Of a stretch of DNA of 24,000 nt, positions 9,891 to 15,736 are shown piece after piece. Numbering within the stretch: the first letter of the stretch is position 1; every line of letters begins with the position of its first letter. The translations under genes were made by a program, and so were the position numbers. Below the pieces are notes generated by a model. That model worked only from the letters and a program-made list of their open reading frames with translations, was not told where the DNA came from and ran no database searches. The DNA is from an uncultured Planctomycetia bacterium (lineage in GTDB: Bacteria; Omnitrophota; Gorgyraeia; 2-02-FULL-51-18; JAGOUK01), in contig CAYSFB010000011.1 in the NCBI GenBank assembly GCA_964430735.1, positions 7,865 to 31,864 on the forward strand, given 5' to 3'.

Positions 9891-9977
9891 GACGGCCTCC
9901 GTTTTATAAATCAATAACCGCATTCAGAAATTCGTGCGGCAAAGTACTGCCAGCAATACCCAACCCAACCAAAACAA

Positions 9978-9991
9978 TTGATAGATATCAG
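9978..9991. promoter_or_regulatory. Fnr-box-like sequence upstream of the chemotaxis operon
   Basis: TTGATAGATATCAG matches TTGAT-N4-ATCAA at 9 of 10 specified positions. Confidence 0.35.
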
Positions 9992-10064
9992 AAGTGAACA
10001 TTTGGCAACACTAGCTATCAATCGTTTACAAAACAGATTATGCCCAATAATCAGAAATTAATAA

Positions 10065-10078
10065 GTGACATATGTCAC
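10065..10078. promoter_or_regulatory. Perfect 14-bp palindrome, Crp-family operator-like
   Basis: GTGACATATGTCAC; in context AGTGA-N6-TCACA, close to the Crp consensus TGTGA-N6-TCACA. Confidence 0.5.
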
Positions 10079-10094
10079 ATATCGAAAATAAAGT

Positions 10095-10121
10095 TTGGTT
10101 TTGATTTATTTTCAAAACCAA
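10095..10121 (-). terminator. Rho-independent terminator of the crp/fnr-like gene
   Basis: Perfect 10-bp inverted repeat TTGGTTTTGA/TCAAAACCAA with 7-nt loop. On the minus strand it is followed by ACTTTATTTT, about 40 nt past the stop codon. Confidence 0.65.
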
Positions 10122-10161
10122 TACATGGGGAATTCAATGATCGGGGGGGCAGTGGCGGGAC

Positions 10162-10815
10162 TTAACGAACTTTAGCGAGGGCCTCGCGGTTCAGAATAAA
10201 GGATCGGCGGGTCGTAGCGGTAATACATTTGGCTTTGACCAAATATGCCAGTTGTCTCATGACCGTTTCTCGTGTCATGTTTAAAAGCTGCGCCAATTCC
10301 TCCCTAGTTAAATGTAGATTTACGATATCCGGATGCTGAGGCGATGCTGTGGGTAAGGAGAGAAAATACCTAGCAAGTCGTTCGCGGCCGCTATAAAGCG
10401 TCAATTCGCCCACGAGACGAGTAAAACATTGAATGCGGTCCGAGAACAACGCGTTCAATGCTGCCATCAAATTGGGGTTCGTCCGCGCCAGCTTTACAAA
10501 GACGTCCTTACGCACAAACCAAACGGATGTCGGCTCCATGGCAACGGCGGTCCACCCGCACTTTGCCTCCCCCAGACTGGTATGGCAACTGCAGGTCCCG
10601 CCCGTCTCCAGTATCTCAAGCACCTGCTCGTCACCCGACAACGAGGTCAAAGTCAGCTTCACTCGACCTGAGAGAACCAGGAAAATACGGGCGCATACTT
10701 CGTTCTGATTGATGATCGCTTCGCCTTTTTTGAAGTGCTTTTCGCGCAAAAATTCCCGAATTTGGGTGATTTCTGCAGGGCTCAGATTATTTTTTAAGAG
10801 CGGGATGCGCTTCAT
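10162..10815 (-). CDS. Crp/Fnr-family transcriptional regulator
   Basis: Cyclic-nucleotide-binding-like domain (FKKGEAIINQNEVCARIFLVLSGRVKLTL) plus C-terminal HTH (LHLTREELAQLLNMTRETVMRQLAYLVKAKCI). Confidence 0.93.
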   Translation of the reverse strand: MKRIPLLKNNLSPAEITQIREFLREKHFKKGEAIINQNEVCARIFLVLSGRVKLTLTSLSGDEQVLEILETGGTCSCHTSLGEAKCGWTAVAMEPTSVWFVRKDVFVKLARTNPNLMAALNALFSDRIQCFTRLVGELTLYSGRERLARYFLSLPTASPQHPDIVNLHLTREELAQLLNMTRETVMRQLAYLVKAKCITATTRRSFILNREALAKVR

Positions 10816-11095
10816 GCGAATTAAGCCTTCCTGAGGCAGTATGACAACGCGGTTGCTGCGTCACATGACCAAACCCAAATTAAATGTGAGCGTTCATTAT
10901 TATCAAATCCCATAAATAAACACAAGTCGGCAATGCTCAGTAAAAATGATCAAATAGCCGAGCTGACTCCCGCCGCGATCCGAGAGACGCCAGCCCCCAC
11001 ATTCCTGGCAAAAGCGGACAAAAGACTCATCCGACCAAGGCCGGAGTGGCACTTGGCCGAGACCCCTCTTGCACTTAGGCCTATCCCGCGGCGGC

Positions 11096-11284
11096 CTACC
11101 AATCGACGTAATCGGCGGAAACGTCCGGGGTGTTCTCCGCCCCGGCGGCCGCACGTGCGGCCAGCCGGACTTCGAAGGCTCCGGCCAGGTCGGGGTAACG
11201 GGTTTCAAATTCGGATTTGAGACAGCGCTCGGCTTCCAGCCGCAGCGCCAGCAGGCGGGTACGATCCATGATTCGATCCTCCAT
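11096..11284 (-). CDS. Small hypothetical protein (62 aa or shorter from an internal ATG)
   Basis: ORF MEDRIMDRTRLLALRLEAERCLKSEFETRYPDLAGAFEVRLAARAAAGAENTPDVSADYVDW. GGAGG lies at good spacing from the internal ATG (MDRTRLLAL). Confidence 0.45.
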   Translation of the reverse strand: MEDRIMDRTRLLALRLEAERCLKSEFETRYPDLAGAFEVRLAARAAAGAENTPDVSADYVDW

Positions 11285-11357
11285 GCCCTCCGCGGGAGCG
11301 GAAAGCGGTTGTTTAGCACTTTGTTGCGCGGTTGCAAGTGACCCTAACGTTCCGCGA

Positions 11358-11377
11358 CCCGGGACGCCCGTCCCGGG
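11358..11377 (+). terminator. GC-rich hairpin followed by T-run on the plus strand
   Basis: cccgggac-gccc-gtcccggg then atttttg; terminator-like in the plus orientation. Confidence 0.4.
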
Positions 11378-11415
11378 ATTTTTGAAAAAGCTTTTTTACC
11401 GCCAAAAAAACAAAA

Positions 11416-11443
11416 ACGCGTTTCGGCCGAAGCTGAAACGCGT
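11416..11443 (-). terminator. Strong hairpin with T-rich tail on the minus strand; probable terminator for the gene at 11560-12081
   Basis: acgcgtttcggc-cgaa-gctgaaacgcgt (12-bp stem incl. one G-U, CGAA tetraloop). Minus-strand continuation is TTTTTGTTTTTTTGG. Confidence 0.6.
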
Positions 11444-11559
11444 GATCTTTTTGAGGAAAAAGCTCAAACGGCGCTTTAGCTCATTTATATAGCGGGGCAA
11501 GTAGCCTGTTTAAATCCCGCTCGATTCAAGGCCTATTGTAATACGTCCGGCCGTCCGGT

Positions 11560-12081
11560 TCAACCCCAGTGGACTTCGGATTCCCCCGTCTGCTTGAAGC
11601 ATTTGGGACAGGCGGGATTTGCGCGGCTCACCTTGCCTTCTCCGCAATGCGGGCAGATGCCGGTGTCCAAAAGCAGCTTGACCTTGGCTCCCATCGCCGC
11701 GCCGCAGGACGGGCAGGACTTGTTCTCGATTTTGGTCTCCCAATCGTCCCAGCACACCGGACAATATGAGTGCGGAAGACGGACCACCTCTCCGTCGACG
11801 ATGTAACTGTCGGCGCTGTCCGCCTCGGAAAAGGCCATCGGCTCCTCGCCTCCCACCGCCGTAACGCCTGTGTCGGAGAGGATCACCGTCTTATTCTTGG
11901 TCTCGTCGAAGATTTCGAAGGTCAGCCGCGCCGAGACCCGGTAGCGCGCGTCCAAGCCCGCACAGATCCGCTTGATCCCCGCCTCGATCGATTTGTAATC
12001 GCCTCGGGCGTATTGGGCTTCAAACAGATCCAGCAGCCGGTCGGCCACCTTCTCGCATTCGGCGTAGTCTTTGGGGTCCAT
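11560..12081 (-). CDS. Hypothetical protein with C-terminal zinc-ribbon-like CxxC motifs
   Basis: Protein MDPKDYAECEKVADRLLDLFEAQYARGDYKSIE... with CPVC, CPSC, CPHC and CPKC motifs in the C-terminal half. Confidence 0.8.
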   Translation of the reverse strand: MDPKDYAECEKVADRLLDLFEAQYARGDYKSIEAGIKRICAGLDARYRVSARLTFEIFDETKNKTVILSDTGVTAVGGEEPMAFSEADSADSYIVDGEVVRLPHSYCPVCWDDWETKIENKSCPSCGAAMGAKVKLLLDTGICPHCGEGKVSRANPACPKCFKQTGESEVHWG

Positions 12082-12102
12082 ACGCTCGCCGTTTGTAGGA
12101 AA

Positions 12103-12497
12103 TGGTGGAGGCGGTGGGAATCGAACCCACGTCTCCGGAAATCACAAGTGTAGCCTCTACATGCTTAGCCGCGTCTACTTCGTTTCACCGGCTGCGCCTC
12201 CGACGGACAGGAATCGCAACGGCTAGCCTTCACTTAGTCTCGTCCGACGGCCAGCAGGCGCTGCTATCGGACCAGTCCGCTGATTACGCCAGACATCACC
12301 CTCGCGGACGTGGGTGGCTGACGGTAGCTCCGATTAGAGAGCTACGGGGCTCATCACAGGAAGCCGGAACGCCGGCACCTGGAACGAGTTCAAGCGCGTT
12401 TTCGCGTTTGTATTGTGCAAGGTGTTTTAGGAGGCCTCCCTGCAACCTCCGCATGGCCGCAACACGAACAACTCCCGGATCGATACCAGTCGCCCCC
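12103..12497 (-). ncRNA. ssrA: tmRNA (transfer-messenger RNA), one-piece, about 395 nt with encoded CCA
   Basis: 3' end GACTAAGT...GCTAAGCATGTAG...GTGGGTTCGATTCCCACCGCCTCCACCA; 5' end GGGGGCGACTGGTATCGATCCGGG pairs with CGCCUCC. Stop codon UAA lies in the loop of a 7-bp hairpin (helix 5-like). Located 22 nt after smpB. Confidence 0.93.
12334..12405 (-). other. Predicted tmRNA tag reading frame: (A)KTRLNSFQVPAFRLPVMSPVAL*
   Basis: Frame defined by the UAA (12336-12334) in the GTAGCTC-TCTAATCG-GAGCTAC hairpin loop and the alanine codon GCG (12405-12403) after the A-rich single-stranded stretch AATACAAAC. Confidence 0.55.
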
Positions 12498-12518
12498 GAG
12501 ATTTTTCTAAAGCCGGAA

Positions 12519-13007
12519 CTATTTCCTGAAGCGCTCTTTGATCGCGCGGTCGGTCTCGCGGTCGTTGAGCTTTTTCTTGATGTCGTCCCGGCGGTCAAAA
12601 ACTTTTTTGGACTTCGCGACCCCGATGTCGCACTTCACGAGCCCGTGCTTGAAGTATACGCTCAACGGCACCAGAGTCAAACCCTTCTGGGTCAAAAGAC
12701 CGAAGTAGCGCCTGAGCTCGTTGCGGTGCAGGAGCAGCTTCCTCGGCCGCGTCGGCAGGTGGTTGTGGATATTTCCCTGCACGTACGCCCCGATATGAAT
12801 ATTGTGGAGGAACAACTCCCCCTTCTCGAACCGCGCGTACCCTTCCGAGATCTGGCAAAGCCCGTCGCGGAGCGCCTTGACCTCGGTCCCGGTCAGCTGC
12901 ATCCCCGCCTCCCGCGACTCCAGGATCTCATAATAATGCCCCGCCTGGCGGTTCGTCGCCACGCGCTTGTCATTAGGCCCCTTATCCGGATGCTGCGTCT
13001 TTGCCAT
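12519..13007 (-). CDS. smpB: SsrA-binding protein SmpB
   Basis: NRQAGHYYEILESREAGMQLTGTEVKALRDGLCQISEGYARFEKGELFLHNIHIGAY...RPRKLLLHRNELRRYFGLLTQKGLTLVPLSVYFKHGLVKCDIGVAKSKKVFDRRDDIKKKLNDRETDRAIK. Confidence 0.97.
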   Translation of the reverse strand: MAKTQHPDKGPNDKRVATNRQAGHYYEILESREAGMQLTGTEVKALRDGLCQISEGYARFEKGELFLHNIHIGAYVQGNIHNHLPTRPRKLLLHRNELRRYFGLLTQKGLTLVPLSVYFKHGLVKCDIGVAKSKKVFDRRDDIKKKLNDRETDRAIKERFRK

Positions 13008-13015
13008 AGTCAGGC

Positions 13016-13021
13016 ATTATA
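13016..13021 (-). promoter_or_regulatory. Candidate -10 element (TATAAT) for smpB
   Basis: Exact TATAAT on the minus strand, only 8 nt before the smpB ATG at 13007. No convincing -35. Confidence 0.45.
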
Positions 13022-13109
13022 CCCGACCAGCACGACTCCCGGTCAGGCGATCCCAATCAACCGAGCGCGGCGCAGCCGCGGCGGTTAGGGCCGGGTCGGG
13101 CTGGGTCTT

Positions 13110-13216
13110 CATTTTTCAAGAGAAGGCGTCAGATGCTAGGCGCGAGGGGGCGCCGCGTGGTATTGCCACGCAAGCCCCCGAGCAACGACGCAGATGATGC
13201 CTTATCTTGAAAAATG
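13110..13216. repeat. Long imperfect inverted repeat, ~107 bp, abutting the 3' end of tRNA-Leu
   Basis: Ends CATTTTTCAAGA (13110-13121) and TCTTGAAAAATG (13205-13216) are perfect inverted copies. Pairing continues through AAGGC/GCCTT and GAGGGGGC/GCCCCCGA to a central hairpin gcgtgg-tattg-ccacgc. Confidence 0.75.
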
Positions 13217-13299
13217 GTGCGGAAGGAGGGATTTGAACCCTCAAGCCTTGCGGCACAGGCTTCTGAGACCTGCGCGTATGCCAATTCCGCCACTTCCGC
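13215..13299 (-). tRNA. tRNA-Leu, anticodon CAG, CCA encoded
   Basis: GCGGAAGUGGCGGAAUUGGCAUACGCGCAGGUCUCAGAAGCCUGUGCCGCAAGGCUUGAGGGUUCAAAUCCCUCCUUCCGCACCA. 7-bp acceptor stem, anticodon loop CUCAGAA, long variable arm and T-arm GAGGG-UUCAAAU-CCCUC. Confidence 0.95.
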
Positions 13300-13331
13300 G
13301 AGAGAGGATGAACTTGAAAAAGCTTTTACGG

Positions 13332-13670
13332 CTAGGAGCCGAGGGCCGCGGGCTGTGCGGGCGTCTGCACAGCTTTGACCTGAGAGGCGACGGTCTGGCG
13401 GGAGGCCTGAACCTCGTCCGTCCGGCGGTCGAGCGCGTCCAAAATCCACGCGCTCAGAACGAAAAAAACCGCCGCAATCGTAACCGAAACAATCGAAATG
13501 ATGACTTTTTTCCGGACATCCATCCGCTTGTTGAACCAGACCAGCGGAAGAGCCAGAACTCCGACCAGGATGAGCAGGATCCCGATGACGCGCAGATCCT
13601 CGTACCACACCGGTTTTCCGGACCCCGCGGCCTTCAGATTCAGCCTGGGGTCCGGATCCGAGTGATTCAT
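13332..13670 (-). CDS. Small hypothetical membrane protein with two predicted TM segments
   Basis: 112 aa; hydrophobic segments VIGILLILVGVLALPLVWF and KVIISIVSVTIAAVFFVLSAWIL, charged short tails. Confidence 0.7.
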   Translation of the reverse strand: MNHSDPDPRLNLKAAGSGKPVWYEDLRVIGILLILVGVLALPLVWFNKRMDVRKKVIISIVSVTIAAVFFVLSAWILDALDRRTDEVQASRQTVASQVKAVQTPAQPAALGS

Positions 13671-13689
13671 GGTGTGATGCCGATCCGTC

Positions 13690-14004
13690 TTACTTGATGT
13701 AGCTGGTCTTTTTGACCGATCCGGAAGCCGATGAAGACGAGCCGGAGGCCGAGAGCTTGTCGAGGGCCTGCATCAAACGGGCTTCGGCGTCGGCCTTGGC
13801 GCGGTTGGCGGCGTCGATCTGGGCGGCCGTGGAGCGCTGCTGATCCTGAAGGCTCGCGATCTCGCGGTTCTTGTTCTCGAGCTGGCTCTGAAGACCGTTG
13901 ATCTTCGAGTTCAGCGCGTCGATGTCGGACTGGTAGTTGTTGCGGCCGGCGGCGCAACCCGAGGCGACGAACGCGATGGCGATAATGGCAAATGCTCTCT
14001 TCAT
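13690..14004 (-). CDS. Small coiled-coil lipoprotein
   Basis: From ATG 14004: MKRAFAIIAIAFVASGCAAGRNNYQSDIDALNSKINGLQSQLENKNREIASLQDQQRS... has lipobox ASGC and heptad-like repeats. Upstream GGGAGG. The track ORF (13690-14562) extends too far upstream. Confidence 0.82.
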   Translation of the reverse strand: MKRAFAIIAIAFVASGCAAGRNNYQSDIDALNSKINGLQSQLENKNREIASLQDQQRSTAAQIDAANRAKADAEARLMQALDKLSASGSSSSASGSVKKTSYIK

Positions 14005-14098
14005 GGAACGAACCTCCCTGATATGAATCGACAAACTCCGCTCGGGGCCACCCCCAAAAATGTCCGCGTATTCTACACCCCGCCCCCGGAAAAAGCAA

Positions 14099-14140
14099 AA
14101 GCGGCGGTGTTTCCCGGGAACCCGGAAAACACCGCCGCTT
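14099..14140 (-). terminator. Rho-independent terminator after the arginine decarboxylase gene
   Basis: Near-perfect ~19-bp stem aagcggcggtgttt..ccgg/ccgg..aaacaccgccgctt, followed on the minus strand by TTGCTTTTTC. Confidence 0.75.
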
Positions 14141-14159
14141 GAGAACGGGATGCGTCGCT

Positions 14160-14762
14160 TTAGAAGAGCAGGACCGCGGCCGCGATGGTCGTGGTGTAAC
14201 CGCCCTTTTCGACGGCGGCTGACTGGGTGCAGTTCATGGTCTTGTAGACCTTGTCGTGCAGACGGAAGGATTCTTCCTTCTCGTCCCAGCTCTTGTCTTC
14301 GTCGAAGTCGATGCCGAGCGTCGTCGCGAGCATGGCCGCGGCGAGATCTTCGGCTTCGTCGCCCACTTCCTTCTCGGTCTTGCCGAAGGTGTGGACTTCG
14401 CTGAGGTAACCGTAGTCGTCCTGGCTCGAGGGCAGCGCGACACCGATCGACGAAGCGACCAGGCGGCGTGGCTCGTTGGAGCTCGAACGCGCCATGACGG
14501 CGAACGTGATCATGCCGGGAACGATTTCTTTCATGCCTTCCGCGCGCGAAAGGATCTTGCAATTGGCGGGATAGATCGAAGAAACGTAGACGAGGTTCGA
14601 CTTTTCGATGCCTGCGTCGCGCAGCGCCATCTCGAAGGAACGCAATTCGTAGCGATGATGCCCGACACCCTTGGTGAAGAACATCTTCTTGGGCACGAAC
14701 ATGTTGTGATGCAGCGCAAATGCGGGCTGCGTCGCTTCGAGAGCACTGGGTTTAGCTGCCAT
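14160..14762 (-). CDS. pdaD: Pyruvoyl-dependent arginine decarboxylase (PvlArgDC family)
   Basis: 200 aa with [47 protein letters not shown] (Ser-Ser self-processing site), [41 protein letters not shown], and a C-terminal [11 protein letters not shown]. Confidence 0.9.
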   Translation of the reverse strand: MAAKPSALEATQPAFALHHNMFVPKKMFFTKGVGHHRYELRSFEMALRDAGIEKSNLVYVSSIYPANCKILSRAEGMKEIVPGMITFAVMARSSSNEPRRLVASSIGVALPSSQDDYGYLSEVHTFGKTEKEVGDEAEDLAAAMLATTLGIDFDEDKSWDEKEESFRLHDKVYKTMNCTQSAAVEKGGYTTTIAAAVLLF

Positions 14763-14800
14763 TTTTTCTCCTGTGAAAAAAACCGGACGACAATCTCAAA

Positions 14801-14829
14801 ATAGTATTGCAATTCCCCAAACGCGTCAA
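14801..14829 (-). promoter_or_regulatory. Candidate sigma-70-type promoter for the arginine decarboxylase gene
   Basis: Minus strand TTGACG - 17 nt - TACTAT. Confidence 0.6.
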
Positions 14830-14843
14830 GAAAAAATAGGGCT

Positions 14844-15560
14844 TCAGACCGCTTCTGAACCGGATACAAAAACCCATTCGGCCGAAGCGTAGAAGTCCGA
14901 GCGGACCGACGCGGCAGATTTGCTCTCCTCGGGAGTCGGAACCGACGGTGAAAAATCCAGATTCCAGTGGGATCGGAAGCTTTGGGCGATGCGGCGGGCC
15001 ATGTCCTGCGCGTCTCCGGGCAGCTGAATGGAAGTCTGGTGCAGGAGGCGTCCGTTTTTCCGGCGCTGACTGGAGCCGACGACCTTGTTCCCCTTCCATT
15101 CGATGTCGCACGATACGGGCTCTTCGAAGCAGAGCCGTTCGCTGCGCGCCTTGAGCGGCGCGGCGCACGCGCTGAACGCCAACCCGTCGAACATCGGCTC
15201 GAGCGCCGCCAGGATCACCGCATGCACCGAACGGTACGAATCGCTCACCCGTCCGGCCAGACGCGGATGATCCTCGGAAAGAGCAATCGAGAGCGTCAGG
15301 TCCTCCCCGTGACGCACCATCCCTCCGCCGGTCGGCCGGCGGACCACGTCAAATCCGGTTTCTGCACAGCGAAACGCGCGGACAATTTTTTCGACGCTTT
15401 GAAAATATCCGATGGAGTAGGCGGGACGGGACCAGCGGTAGAAGCGAAGCGTCGGCGGAGCGGACGGGCCAGTCGCACCCAGCAACGCCGTATCCAGCGC
15501 CATATTCCAAACAGGCTCTTCCGGCGCCGAGAGCTCAATAAGCCGCCAGGACTCAGTCAT
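14844..15560 (-). CDS. BPL/LplA-family protein, lipoate ligase or LipM-like octanoyltransferase
   Basis: RRPTGGGMVRHGEDLTLSIAL and CFEEPVSCDIEWKGNKVVGSSQRRKNGRLLHQTSIQL match the lipoate/octanoate protein ligase family. Confidence 0.87.
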   Translation of the reverse strand: MTESWRLIELSAPEEPVWNMALDTALLGATGPSAPPTLRFYRWSRPAYSIGYFQSVEKIVRAFRCAETGFDVVRRPTGGGMVRHGEDLTLSIALSEDHPRLAGRVSDSYRSVHAVILAALEPMFDGLAFSACAAPLKARSERLCFEEPVSCDIEWKGNKVVGSSQRRKNGRLLHQTSIQLPGDAQDMARRIAQSFRSHWNLDFSPSVPTPEESKSAASVRSDFYASAEWVFVSGSEAV

Positions 15561-15579
15561 GTTTTAAGGATTCTGGACC

Positions 15580-15727
15580 GCGGTCCTGCGGGGAGGCAGT
15601 CGCAGCGAAGGACTTTTGGTCCGAGGAGGCGTCCCCGCCGACGAGGACCAAGGAGCGAGCGCGCTTAGTCTTTGACGGCGCGCGAGCGGCTCTGTCCGCA
15701 GCGGCGACTGCCTCCCCGCAGGACCGC
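15580..15727. repeat. 148-bp structured intergenic element with perfect 24-bp terminal inverted repeats and internal hairpins
   Basis: gcggtcctgcggggaggcagtcgc (15580-15603) is the exact reverse complement of gcgactgcctccccgcaggaccgc (15704-15727). Internal ttggtcc/ggaccaa and gcgcgc/gcgcgc stems. Confidence 0.85.
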
Positions 15728-15736
15728 AGACCATGG

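Noticed and set aside
9930-9960. Possible sigma-54 promoter TGGCAGTACTTTGC upstream of the first MCP
   Set aside because: The GG-to-GC spacing is 9 rather than the required 10 nt, and the -24 element is imperfect.
10903-11337. Minus-strand ORF of 144 aa and plus-strand ORFs 11069-11341 and 11217-11492
   Set aside because: Composition is Arg/Pro-rich without motifs. The overlapping 62-aa minus ORF at 11096-11284 has a more protein-like composition and a Shine-Dalgarno.
12102-13088. ORFs over the tmRNA/smpB region (plus strand 12102-13088; minus strand 12296-12598)
   Set aside because: The minus ORF reads through tmRNA in a frame different from the tag, and the plus ORF is antisense to ssrA and smpB.
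13184-15168. Minus-strand ORFs such as 13129-13608, 14234-14443 and 14752-15168
   Set aside because: They overlap the tRNA, the arginine decarboxylase or the lipoyl-transfer gene in other frames and have low-complexity Arg/Ser/Pro-rich translations.
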